Of a DNA stretch of 64,000 bases, positions 8,908-17,936 are shown piece by piece. The first letter of the stretch is position 1. Each line of letters begins with the position of its first letter. Below the pieces are notes generated by a model. It saw nothing but the letters and a program-made list of their open reading frames with translations. It made no database searches and had not been told where the DNA came from. Origin of the DNA: Candidatus Aenigmatarchaeota archaeon (GTDB lineage: Archaea > Aenigmatarchaeota > Aenigmatarchaeia > CG10238-14 > SpSt-28); NCBI GenBank assembly GCA_025057985.1, contig JANXEV010000002.1:1104-65103 (forward strand), in the 5' to 3' direction. The position numbers and the translations under genes were made by a program.

Positions 8908-8938
8908 CTTAAATATGTGTGAAAAAAGGAGGTTTAAC

Positions 8939-11593
8939 ATGCAAATTAGAAAATTTGTTGCATCCAGCTTAGCTGCTTTGATGGCTGGTGCGACATTTAG
9001 TGGGGCTGCGTTAGCAGCCGTTAACGTAGGTGGTGTTCTAGGAACATTAGGATCACAAGCATCTGCAGGCACACCATATTTAGTAGTAGTTGGTGATACT
9101 GCAAAACCAAGCGACATAGTAGGAGCAATAGACGTAGCTTCAGCTTTGGCTCAACAAGTTACAAGAGAAGTGACAGTTCCTGGTTTGACCGCAATGACAT
9201 TTACTGGAGGAGTTTCTCTAGACACAGCTGATTCCAAGTTATACTCGGGTGACAATATAAACACTATTAAAGGAACATTGACAGCTACAGATTTACCTGA
9301 GATTTTGGCATCTGGAAGTATAGAAGACGAGACAGGAACAAAGTACGATTACACTCAATATATAACGATTGGTGGTAAACAAATACAATACGCTCAACCA
9401 GACGTTCCTGGAGGTCAAAAAGACCCAACTTTCTTAATAAAGTTAGGAACATCGGTTTCTTCCAGTGACTATCTACTTAAAATGTGGACATCATTTACCA
9501 AAGCATTTAATGCGTCTAAGGCAGTAGGCAAAGAGTTGCAACTTTTCGGAAGAACATTTATAATTTCGGGTGAAACAGATTCAACCAAACTAGTATTGTT
9601 TGGAACAGCTGGTGAGGAAATAGTAGAGGCGGGGCAAAATAAAACAATAAGAGTTGGAGATAAATCTTACAATGTTGAAGTTAGAGGAATAACAAGCGCA
9701 GAGAAAGCGGTATTGGTAGTAAACGGAGTGACGAAAGAAGTTCAAGAAGGAAGGACATATGATTTTAGAGGAGTATCTGTATATGTTTCAGATATATACT
9801 ACATAGAAGTTCCACAAAAAACAGGTTATGTTAAAGTTTCTATAGGTGCGGACAGGTATGTTTTGCAAGATGGATCACCGGTAAAAAGAGGGACAGCTGG
9901 AAGCGAACAAGACATTCAAGGTTCGTTGGTTAGATTGATTGGTACTCCACAATCGTTGTCTGGGATAGAAATTTACTACGATGCTTACGCTACATCTCCA
10001 GCATCTGATTACATAAAAGCAGGAAGTGTATGGACAGACCCAGTATTTGGAATCAAAGTTGCTTATAACGGACCAGCTTCTGTTTCCACAGAGACGATAA
10101 CCATAATGCCAGGTGGAAGCAACTATTACACGATAGCATTTACAGACAAGTATGGAAAGACGGCGACAGTAGCTTGGAGTTATTATGGTGGCACTCCTGC
10201 TTCAGAAAAGCTAGCAGATTCGACTGGAAATGAGATTCATGTAGTAGAAGGTAGTCCAGCGAAATTAAACGAATACATATTTGCACCATCTCCACAATTC
10301 CCACACATGTTGAAAGTTACAAGCTTAACGGCTACTAGTGCTACTAACAGTCCAGATACATGTAAAGCTACATTAAGAGACGTTTTCAGTGGTACTGAGT
10401 ATAAGATAGATGAAACTAAAAGTGGTACAACATTCACCACAAATCTGGTAATAGATGGTCAAACTTATACAGTAACATGTACTGATGGTGGTACCGCTAA
10501 CCCAGATACCATTTCGTTAAGTGATGCTGAGGAGACCATAACTGTATATCCAGTGTTAGAAACAAAATATGGAGCAAAAGTTGCATTTTATAGATTATTA
10601 GGTCGTGTACACACGCAAGGTACAGCTGAAACAATACTAACTGCATCTGTAACCGGTAGTGGGACAAAATCATCATTCATGAGATTACCAACTGGAATTG
10701 TGAACATTACTGTTGAAGTAGGACAGCAAACCAAATTTTACGTTAACGGAGCATCAATTACAGGAGATGATCCTGAATATGAAATTTTGATAGGAAATGT
10801 TTGGTATAAACTCAACGTTGTCGTCACATCAAGTTCTCCATACTCTATAGAAATAAAAGGAGTTGCACTAGACGCTGATCAAGATGGTGCTGCTGAATCT
10901 GATCCGTTAACTGTCCCAGCAATAATGATAATTGAAGAAAAAGAAAAAGATGCTGCACATGGTAAAGTAGCCATATTAAAAGTAGCTTATGATAGCACAG
11001 ATAAAAGATTAGAACTATTACCAGTTAGTGTGTTCGGTGCATCTTCAGTCTCCACGTCTTCAGACAAAATAACCCACTACATGACAAGATGGGGAACCAA
11101 AGTTGTATACGACACTTCAGGAGCAGGAACAGTAACGATAACATATCCAGACACACAAGTTTACCACTTGGTTGGTGTAGGAACTGATCCAAAATGGACA
11201 ACCGAAGCAACAGAAGCAGGTAAATACAAAACTGTAGCACCATTAGCACTACCAGTTGCTAAATTGGCAAGCGAAGTGACAACCGCAGACAGAACAAATG
11301 CAAACATTGTCTTGGTAGGAGGACCATGTATTAACACTCTAGTAGCTCAACTAAACGCTGCAGGAAAGTTCCCATACGGATGTGCAGACTGGCCAGGAGA
11401 AGATTTCGCAATAGTTAAAGTAATAGAAGATGCTTTCACAACAGGAAAGATAGCACTAGTGATCGCTGGAACTAGAGCAGAAGACACAAGATTGGCAACA
11501 AGCTTGCTATCTCAAGGCAAACTAGAGAATCAACAAGTTTCAACCGTTAAAATCACAGGAACTGTTACAACCCCAGTAATAACTCCAATGTAA
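8939..11593 (+). CDS. S-layer protein (surface-layer glycoprotein precursor)
   Basis: AGGAGG lies 6 nt upstream of ATG 8939. Signal peptide MQIRKFVASSLAALMAGATFSGAALA. About 880 aa, rich in Thr/Gly/Val/Ala. C-terminal NIVLVGGPCINTLVAQL...ALVIAGTRAEDT block as in archaeal S-layer proteins. The track start at 8885 lies inside the leader hairpin and was rejected. Confidence 0.85.
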   Translation: MQIRKFVASSLAALMAGATFSGAALAAVNVGGVLGTLGSQASAGTPYLVVVGDTAKPSDIVGAIDVASALAQQVTREVTVPGLTAMTFTGGVSLDTADSKLYSGDNINTIKGTLTATDLPEILASGSIEDETGTKYDYTQYITIGGKQIQYAQPDVPGGQKDPTFLIKLGTSVSSSDYLLKMWTSFTKAFNASKAVGKELQLFGRTFIISGETDSTKLVLFGTAGEEIVEAGQNKTIRVGDKSYNVEVRGITSAEKAVLVVNGVTKEVQEGRTYDFRGVSVYVSDIYYIEVPQKTGYVKVSIGADRYVLQDGSPVKRGTAGSEQDIQGSLVRLIGTPQSLSGIEIYYDAYATSPASDYIKAGSVWTDPVFGIKVAYNGPASVSTETITIMPGGSNYYTIAFTDKYGKTATVAWSYYGGTPASEKLADSTGNEIHVVEGSPAKLNEYIFAPSPQFPHMLKVTSLTATSATNSPDTCKATLRDVFSGTEYKIDETKSGTTFTTNLVIDGQTYTVTCTDGGTANPDTISLSDAEETITVYPVLETKYGAKVAFYRLLGRVHTQGTAETILTASVTGSGTKSSFMRLPTGIVNITVEVGQQTKFYVNGASITGDDPEYEILIGNVWYKLNVVVTSSSPYSIEIKGVALDADQDGAAESDPLTVPAIMIIEEKEKDAAHGKVAILKVAYDSTDKRLELLPVSVFGASSVSTSSDKITHYMTRWGTKVVYDTSGAGTVTITYPDTQVYHLVGVGTDPKWTTEATEAGKYKTVAPLALPVAKLASEVTTADRTNANIVLVGGPCINTLVAQLNAAGKFPYGCADWPGEDFAIVKVIEDAFTTGKIALVIAGTRAEDTRLATSLLSQGKLENQQVSTVKITGTVTTPVITPM

Positions 11594-11594
11594 A

Positions 11595-11634
11595 GGGGTT
11601 AACCTAAACCCCCTCTTTCTTTTTTTATTTTTTT
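11595..11634 (+). terminator. Hairpin plus T-tract terminator of the S-layer gene
   Basis: GGGGTT (11595..11600) pairs with AACCCC (11607..11612) around a 6-nt loop. It is followed by CCTCTTTCTTTTTTTATTTTTTT, starting 2 nt after the stop codon. Confidence 0.6.
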
Positions 11635-11688
11635 GAAATCGAAAAAATGTAAAAAATCTTTTATATCGAAAAACCCAAGATTATTTTT

Positions 11689-11808
11689 ATGGACTTGATA
11701 ACATACATTTACTTGGTAATAGTTTTTGCAGTCCTGTACTTTACAGTCTTCCAGTTCTTAGTATTCTTAAAACACATGAAAGACGTTAAAAAAAAAATAA
11801 GGTTTTGA
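11689..11808 (+). CDS. N-terminal TM-helix fragment of the downstream GT2 synthase (separated by a frameshift)
   Basis: Own translation: MDLITYIYLVIVFAVLYFTVFQFLVFLKHMKDVKKKIRF*. One TM helix followed by a basic linker. TATA-like CTTTTATAT is centred about 27 nt upstream of the ATG. The frame breaks at the A10 run 11788..11797. Confidence 0.6.
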   Translation: MDLITYIYLVIVFAVLYFTVFQFLVFLKHMKDVKKKIRF

Positions 11809-12929
11809 GGAAAGAAGATTTACCTGGAGTTAGCCTAATAGTACCAGCTTACAACGAAGAAAAAGACATATCAAAAACTATAAAAAGTTTGTTGAAGTTA
11901 AACTATCCAAAAGATAGATTGGAAATAATAGTGGTGGACGACGGAAGCACAGACAGAACTTACGAAGTGGTTAAAAAATTTGAAAAATATGGTGTTAAGG
12001 TTTTTAAGAAAAAACGGGGAGGAAAATCGAGAGCTATAAACTTCGGCACAAAGAAAGCGAAATTTGAAATAGTGGGTGTTGTCGACTCAGATACAACTCT
12101 AGAGAGAAATTCTCTATTGAATTGTGTTAAATGTTTTGATAGTGAAGACGTCGCTTCTGTGACCTCAAGGATTCTTCAAAGGCGAAAGAAAAAAATTCTA
12201 GAGAGATGGCAAGACATAGAGTTGAAGATAATCGCCTACATTAGGAAGTTGTTTGAAAACCTCAACATCATCACAGCCACACCAGGACCACTAAGTCTTT
12301 ACAGAAAAAAAGTTTTGACAAAAATTGGAGGTTTTGACAAAAATTGTATTCTAGAAGACAATGAAATTGCATGGCGTTTGATTTATCACGGTTATAGAAT
12401 CAGAATGGCATACGATGCGAAGGTTTACACGAACATGCCAGATACTTTCAAGAGATGGTTTTTACAAAGAGTTAGATGGGGAGTCGGCGGTTTACAGATA
12501 ATTACTAAATATATAGGTACATTCATGAAAAGACATCCAGTCGGAACATTTCTCCTACCAAGTTGGATTTTAGGCTATGTTTTTTCAACGATAGGAATAA
12601 GTTTGTTTTTCTACACATTCTTCTACACCTTATACATGAACTTAAGTTACTATCTACTAAGTTTCAAATACGGCACAAACCCATTCGTTTTTTCCCTCGA
12701 TTTTAACCCAGACTTTTTGTTTTTCTACGGCATCATTTTGTTTTTCCTAAGCTTGATAATAATCGTCAAAGTTTTGGGAGAGTATAAGAAAAGGGCGAGT
12801 TTGTTCGATTTGGTAACCTTTATTTTCATCTATCTTGTTTTCTTCCCAATCATCTCCTTCTACTCGATTTTTAAATTTATAATTTTAAGAAAGAAATTAA
12901 AAATCAAGCCAGTATGGTTGACAAAATGA
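11805..12929 (+). CDS. Processive family-2 glycosyltransferase (PgaC / chitin / cellulose synthase-like), catalytic and C-terminal TM part
   Basis: VSLIVPAYNEE, VVDDGSTD, VDSDT, ILEDNEIAWRL (ED motif) and QRVRWG (QxxRW), then 4-5 C-terminal TM helices. The frame is open back to 11790, so the track's TTG start may not be the true N-terminus. Confidence 0.8.
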   Translation: MRKEDLPGVSLIVPAYNEEKDISKTIKSLLKLNYPKDRLEIIVVDDGSTDRTYEVVKKFEKYGVKVFKKKRGGKSRAINFGTKKAKFEIVGVVDSDTTLERNSLLNCVKCFDSEDVASVTSRILQRRKKKILERWQDIELKIIAYIRKLFENLNIITATPGPLSLYRKKVLTKIGGFDKNCILEDNEIAWRLIYHGYRIRMAYDAKVYTNMPDTFKRWFLQRVRWGVGGLQIITKYIGTFMKRHPVGTFLLPSWILGYVFSTIGISLFFYTFFYTLYMNLSYYLLSFKYGTNPFVFSLDFNPDFLFFYGIILFFLSLIIIVKVLGEYKKRASLFDLVTFIFIYLVFFPIISFYSIFKFIILRKKLKIKPVWLTK

Positions 12930-13585
12930 AAGAGAAAGACAACATATACGTTAAGTCTTTGGTAATCTCTATCTTCATTTTCCTTAGCGGTATGATGTTT
13001 GGTATTTTGATCGACAACTACAGGATTTCTCATATAAGAAAGTCTTTAATGTCCGACATAATTTTCTGGGACGACTCGATATTTTTGACAAGGCTTAAAG
13101 AGTTGTATGGTGAAGGTTTTTGTAGCGAAGCACTGGAGTTAAACCTTTTGTACAACCAAAAGATATACGAGAGAGGAAAGGAAATAGAGGAGATGATAAA
13201 GTTAAACAGGTTTGCGCCGGAAATGAGAGAAGAACTGAGAAAATACACTTTGATGCAAGTTAAATTTTGGCTGGATTCGAGAGATTTGAAAGAGAAGTGC
13301 AATTTCACTTATAAAAACGTTTTATATTTACAAGATTTCTTCGCTAAGGAGCAAGAAGTTAGGCTAAGAAATAAAGTCCAGTCAAAGATAATGTTGGATG
13401 TCAAAGAAAGGTGTGGGAATAAAATTTTATTAATACCGATAAACATGGATTTAAATTTAACAACTGTAGACGTGATAAAGTTAAGATACAACGTTACTAG
13501 AAGCCCAACGATAATAATAGACGATAAAATTGTTTTAGAGGGAATAGTATCCTTGCAAGATTTGTTGAAAATTTTAGAGTGTTAG
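12914..13585 (+). CDS. Membrane-anchored hypothetical protein (223 aa)
   Basis: One N-terminal TM helix (VKSLVISIFIFLSGMMFGILI). The C-terminal CGNKILLIPI...RSPTIIIDDKIVLEG faintly resembles a thioredoxin/glutaredoxin-fold tail. Overlaps the GT2 stop. Confidence 0.55.
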   Translation: MVDKMKEKDNIYVKSLVISIFIFLSGMMFGILIDNYRISHIRKSLMSDIIFWDDSIFLTRLKELYGEGFCSEALELNLLYNQKIYERGKEIEEMIKLNRFAPEMREELRKYTLMQVKFWLDSRDLKEKCNFTYKNVLYLQDFFAKEQEVRLRNKVQSKIMLDVKERCGNKILLIPINMDLNLTTVDVIKLRYNVTRSPTIIIDDKIVLEGIVSLQDLLKILEC

Positions 13586-13588
13586 ACT

Positions 13589-14170
13589 ATGAAGAGAAAT
13601 TATGTTAAAATAAGGTTGACGAAAGAAAGATTGATCGCCCTATCAGTTTTTATACTAACATCTATAGCCATAATTCTACTCTACCCACACTTATACTCAC
13701 TTTACAAATCCACACAACCTATAAAAAAGATCGTTTACTTTAACGTTCCGATGGAATTCAGAGAAGATCTTAGGCTGGCAAAAAACATTTCCGTTATACC
13801 AAATGAAGATTCGATAAGAAGGATTTTTTGGAACAGAGGTTTGAAAAAAATAACGATAGCGATTTTGAATTCAACAAACCAAACTAGTTTGATTGGAGTA
13901 GAAGCTTATGAAATAACATTCAAGTTGACAACTTTTTACACGATAAAAAGAATGAACGTTGAAATAAAGGGTAGAGAAATTTCGGAAGTTCATGAGATAA
14001 GTGGAGACAGTTCAAATCCTGTGATTGTTATAATACCGCCAGAGCTAGCGAACGAAACTTCAGTTAGAGTAGAGGACTACAACGTTTACATTTCTGGAAA
14101 AAGTTTGAAAGAGTTGGATTTGGCGACCATCAAATTTATAATGACCGTTTTACACTTAGAGTTAGAATAG
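13589..14170 (+). CDS. Membrane-anchored hypothetical protein (193 aa)
   Basis: One N-terminal TM helix (LIALSVFILTSIAIILLY), then a predicted extracytoplasmic domain with NxS/T sequons. Starts 3 nt after the previous gene. Confidence 0.55.
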   Translation: MKRNYVKIRLTKERLIALSVFILTSIAIILLYPHLYSLYKSTQPIKKIVYFNVPMEFREDLRLAKNISVIPNEDSIRRIFWNRGLKKITIAILNSTNQTSLIGVEAYEITFKLTTFYTIKRMNVEIKGREISEVHEISGDSSNPVIVIIPPELANETSVRVEDYNVYISGKSLKELDLATIKFIMTVLHLELE

Positions 14171-14234
14171 AAGTTAAAGAATTTATTTTTTAGCTTAGAA
14201 AAAATAAAATTGGGAGGTTTTTTGGGTTTTGTTT

Positions 14235-14711
14235 ATGAAATCTTTCTCAGTCTCATATCTGGTAAATTTGTTGATGGAAGAAGAGAACGGGACATTGAAA
14301 AATAGCAAAAAAAGGAAGAAGAAAAATGGGTTTAAAAACGGGTCAGAGATTCATAGAGAATTTGGCTACGAAAACAATGATACGTATTATAAGGAATTTG
14401 AATATAACGGAGGTAAGTATAAAATCTACGGAACGCCAGATAAAGTTGATCATGAAAAAGGTATAGTTGAAGAGTTTAAAACCTATGTTAAATCTTCTAA
14501 CAAAACATTACAAATAAGAAGAGGAGAGCTTCAGCTCATTTTCTATTGCTATTTAACAGGATTAAAACTCGGTAAGTTGATAATATACGACACAAAGAAA
14601 AATCAAGAAGTTTTTTCACAAATTTTCTACGTACCAAATGATATTCAAACAGAAATTTTAAATTATGCTTTAAAAAAAGCTTTAGAGAAACAAAAGATTA
14701 AAGAAGCTTGA
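14235..14711 (+). CDS. Cas4-like PD-(D/E)xK nuclease, cysteine-free minimal form
   Basis: GSEIHREF, then IYGTPDKVD...IVEEFKT (D...ExK), then ELQLIFYCYL (QhxxY). GGGAGG lies upstream. TTG at 14229 is an alternative start. It has none of the four Fe-S cysteines of canonical Cas4. Confidence 0.6.
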   Translation: MKSFSVSYLVNLLMEEENGTLKNSKKRKKKNGFKNGSEIHREFGYENNDTYYKEFEYNGGKYKIYGTPDKVDHEKGIVEEFKTYVKSSNKTLQIRRGELQLIFYCYLTGLKLGKLIIYDTKKNQEVFSQIFYVPNDIQTEILNYALKKALEKQKIKEA

Positions 14712-15048
14712 GTTTTCCGGTGATTTTATCGATTTTCTTTTCTTCAATTGGCCCAATACCTATGCAAGTTATCGTACCCTTTTTAAGTTGAGTCAGTCCA
14801 GCGTCAGATATTTTCACGTAAGGAATCTTATTTTCCTTCAACTTTTTTTCAATTTTTTTCAGCTCTTCCAAATCTTTAACTTTTAAAACGACTTTCTTCG
14901 CTCCCATTTCTCTCCACTTCTCTAACTTCTCTCTTTCTACTTGTAGTGCCGACTCCAGGCTAGCGTGAGCTACATGAGTTGCTAATTTTCCCTTACCCCA
15001 TTTCAAATCTTTTCTTACTATAATGACTTGCTTCAACACAAAAACCAT
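14698..15048 (-). CDS. pth: Peptidyl-tRNA hydrolase, archaeal type (Pth2)
   Basis: KQVIIVRKDLKWGKGKLATHVAHASL...DAGLTQL..GTITCIGIGP. Start trimmed to the Met of MVFVLKQ. Confidence 0.88.
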   Translation of the reverse strand: MVFVLKQVIIVRKDLKWGKGKLATHVAHASLESALQVEREKLEKWREMGAKKVVLKVKDLEELKKIEKKLKENKIPYVKISDAGLTQLKKGTITCIGIGPIEEKKIDKITGKLKLL

Positions 15049-15094
15049 CCAATAATTTAAATGGAATTTAAAGAACATAAATAAAATTTAATTA

Positions 15095-17029
15095 ATGAAT
15101 GAGAATAAGATGTATTTTTTAGTAGGAGAAAGTTGTTTTTTCAATAGATTCTGTGACGGAAATTTTAGGTCAAAGTGGAATGGTTTATGGAAGTTGACGA
15201 CAAAATATTTAGAGTACTATGCGATGAAAGTTAACGGTGTTTGGTTGACTTCTTCTCAAAGGACGATAGAAGAAGGCTTGGAATATTTTAAACATTGCTA
15301 CGAAGTGGATAGAATTTCTATAGAAGAAAAACTTTTCATTCCAGAGAAAGAACCAGCCTTGGTGATTTTTCTCTCGTTTGAAAACCTTTCCGATTCTGAT
15401 AGAAATGTGAATTTGGAGATAGAAACGGCAGTAAACATTAGGGAATGGAACGAAAATTGGAACGAAAGGGATTACGAAGTTTTGTACAAAGAAAATTGTT
15501 ATTTTGTGAAATCTGAAAAAGGTAGAATGATCTTTTTATCTTCAGAAAGAGGAGAGTTTATCGGCTACCACTTCTATAAAACTCATTATCCAAGCAACGA
15601 ACCACAGAGATGTTTTGTTACAAAAAATTTTTCTACCAGTTTTTTCTTAAAACCAAGAGAGAGAAAAACGATAACTTTTGTTTTTGCTTGTGATTTGGAA
15701 ATCTGTGACGCGGAAAAAATATTGGAAAATTCTACTGAGTTGTTGAAAAAGAAGAGGGAGATTTACGAAAGTTGTTTAAGAGAAAATTTGTTCCATTCGG
15801 ATATAAGTTACTTAGACGAGCTTTTTAAGATAGCTGTTTTAAATTTAAAAAAGAATACAGTTCTCTTCGGTGGAAAGAGAGTTTTGATAGCGGGCTATCC
15901 ATGGTATACTCAAATTTGGGGTAGAGACGCTTGTCTATCGATTTCGAATTTTTTCCTAGAAAAGGAAGTAGCGAGAGATACGCTAATTCTCCTAGCTAAA
16001 AATAGCAAAGACGGTGTGATACCGAATTTCATGCTTAAAGACAAGATCGACTACAATTCCTCAGACGCAACACCCCTTTTTGTTGTGGCTTTAAAAAACT
16101 ATGTTTTCAAAACAGGTGAAATCTATTTAATAGAAGAGTTTAAGGATCTGCTATTGAAGATTTTAGAACGCTATGAGAAAAGTAAAAACGAGTTCGGTTT
16201 CATAAAATCGGATAAAAATTCTACTTGGATGGACACTTTGGAAAGAGAAGGTTATTGTTTGGAAGTTCAAGTTTTTTGGTTTGCCGCTTTGGAAGCGATG
16301 AAAGAAATGTTCGGGTTGATAGAAGAAAACAATTTGGTAGAAAGAGTGGAAAATTTATCGAGAGAGTTGAAGAAAAATATAGTCAAACATTTTAAAAAAG
16401 GAGAAGATTTCTTGGATGTTTTAGGATCGGACAAAAAAACGTTGAATCAAATTTTTCTCCCAATTTTTAACGTAACTCTCTCCACAAAAAATTTTGTGAA
16501 AAAAATAGAAGAAGAATTCTCAACAGAAGTAGGCCTATCAATTCTACCTAGGAATTCTAACGAATATAATCCGACTTTATACCAAAAAGGAGCGACTTGG
16601 TCTCACTTGTTAGCTCTACTTTCATACTTACAATTTAAAACCGGAAGAGTGGAAAGGGGTTTGGAAAATTTAAGAAAAATATACATAAAGTCGAACGAGC
16701 TTGTTTTATCGGCCTTACCTGAAGTTTGGAATTCTGAGACAGGAGAGTTGAGAGTGGAAAAACCTGTAGGAAAAGAAGAAAGCGCTTTCTTACAAACATG
16801 GACAGCAAGTTCGATAATAAAAGCGATAGACGAAGGTTTGTTAGGTTTAGAATACAACAGTTTTTCCAATGTCATTAAAGTTTCGCCAAAGATTGAAGGT
16901 AGATTCGTTAGGAGAATTAGAATTGGAGACGATTTGGTAACTTTGGAAATAATTTTTAAAGAAGGAAGGTTAGACGTAAACTTTGAAAGTAGGTTGAAAA
17001 AAGAGTATAAAGTAGTGGCTATAGAGTAG
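15095..17029 (+). CDS. Glycogen debranching enzyme (amylo-alpha-1,6-glucosidase family)
   Basis: 644 aa with LIAGYPWYTQIWGRDACLS and the (alpha/alpha)6-barrel-type blocks DATPLFVVAL, WMDT, and YQKGATWSHL. Confidence 0.8.
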   Translation: MNENKMYFLVGESCFFNRFCDGNFRSKWNGLWKLTTKYLEYYAMKVNGVWLTSSQRTIEEGLEYFKHCYEVDRISIEEKLFIPEKEPALVIFLSFENLSDSDRNVNLEIETAVNIREWNENWNERDYEVLYKENCYFVKSEKGRMIFLSSERGEFIGYHFYKTHYPSNEPQRCFVTKNFSTSFFLKPRERKTITFVFACDLEICDAEKILENSTELLKKKREIYESCLRENLFHSDISYLDELFKIAVLNLKKNTVLFGGKRVLIAGYPWYTQIWGRDACLSISNFFLEKEVARDTLILLAKNSKDGVIPNFMLKDKIDYNSSDATPLFVVALKNYVFKTGEIYLIEEFKDLLLKILERYEKSKNEFGFIKSDKNSTWMDTLEREGYCLEVQVFWFAALEAMKEMFGLIEENNLVERVENLSRELKKNIVKHFKKGEDFLDVLGSDKKTLNQIFLPIFNVTLSTKNFVKKIEEEFSTEVGLSILPRNSNEYNPTLYQKGATWSHLLALLSYLQFKTGRVERGLENLRKIYIKSNELVLSALPEVWNSETGELRVEKPVGKEESAFLQTWTASSIIKAIDEGLLGLEYNSFSNVIKVSPKIEGRFVRRIRIGDDLVTLEIIFKEGRLDVNFESRLKKEYKVVAIE

Positions 17030-17750
17030 GTTTGAGATGGTAGAATTTTTCATTCTTATTAGGTTTGTATAAAATTTCTCTAATTTTATCCAAATTCTCC
17101 AAATCTATTTTGTTTTTTTGAAAAACCTTTCTGATCTTAAACTCGTCTTTGTATTTTTTGTTTTCAACGATTTTTATCCAGCCGTTTTCTAAAAAGAAAT
17201 GGTAAGGAAATCCCCTACCTTTAATAATTTCATAGTTATGTCCTGCATCTTCTGGTGATATACATAAAACCAAACAATCTCTTCCTGTAGAAATTAATCT
17301 ATGTGCATACTTTGGATGAACAAAGAAAATATCACCTTCTTTCAACTCTGAGTAAAAGCAAACCTTTTTCTTTAAATCCGCAAGCATTATCATACACTCA
17401 TTTTTTAAAACTCGATAAACTTCTCCACGTTCCTTTTCATGGACATGGCCATAGGTTAAGAAAAACTCGCTAATTTCTCCAGGATAAAAAACACCACCTT
17501 TCAACAAAGTCAAATCAAAGTTTAATTTGTAATCGTTCTTTATTTTCCTATAGTAGTCTATTCCATTCCACAAATTGTAAACGTAGTAGACTGGCAAATC
17601 TCCAAAAAATCTCATACCCTTTTTCGCGTTTTCAACATCCATGATAACGGGAAGAAGTTCGCTTATCCTTCTCTCCCAATAAACAGGTCTTTCAGGAAAA
17701 TAAACTTCTATTTTTTCTTCACCTCTTACCACAACCCCATGCAATTTCAT
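17019..17750 (-). CDS. pgiA: Cupin-type glucose-6-phosphate isomerase (cPGI)
   Basis: FFLTYGHVHEKERGEVYRVLKNECMIML, FFVHPKYAHRLISTG and SPEDAGHNYEIIKGRGF align block-for-block with the Pyrococcus-type cupin PGI as I remember it (TKGHFH..AEVY, PPYWAHRTVN, PADAGHDYG). Confidence 0.8.
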   Translation of the reverse strand: MKLHGVVVRGEEKIEVYFPERPVYWERRISELLPVIMDVENAKKGMRFFGDLPVYYVYNLWNGIDYYRKIKNDYKLNFDLTLLKGGVFYPGEISEFFLTYGHVHEKERGEVYRVLKNECMIMLADLKKKVCFYSELKEGDIFFVHPKYAHRLISTGRDCLVLCISPEDAGHNYEIIKGRGFPYHFFLENGWIKIVENKKYKDEFKIRKVFQKNKIDLENLDKIREILYKPNKNEKFYHLKPTL

Positions 17751-17827
17751 ACTAAAATTTTATGATCGATAAGTATAAATACAAAAATTAGACGTGAGAT
17801 AAGTTTTTGCATATGAAAATAAATCAT

Positions 17828-17899
17828 GGGCCGGTGGTCTAAAGGTAGGACGCCGCCTTCGCAAGGCGGAGGCTCCGGGTTCGAATCCCGGCCGGTCCA
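17828..17899 (+). tRNA. tRNA-Ala (anticodon CGC)
   Basis: GGGCCGG acceptor with a G3:U70 pair, anticodon arm CCGCC-TTCGCAA-GGCGG, T arm CCGGG-TTCGAAT-CCCGG. 72 nt, no encoded CCA. Confidence 0.92.
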
Positions 17900-17936
17900 A
17901 TTTGAATTAATTTCAATTCTAGCACAAAATTTATAC

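Noticed and set aside
8815-9117. 100-aa minus-strand ORF, and the 8885 start proposed for the S-layer ORF
   Set aside because: The minus ORF is antisense to the S-layer signal-peptide region. The 8885 ATG sits inside the leader hairpin loop with no SD, whereas ATG 8939 has AGGAGG 6 nt upstream and begins a textbook signal peptide.
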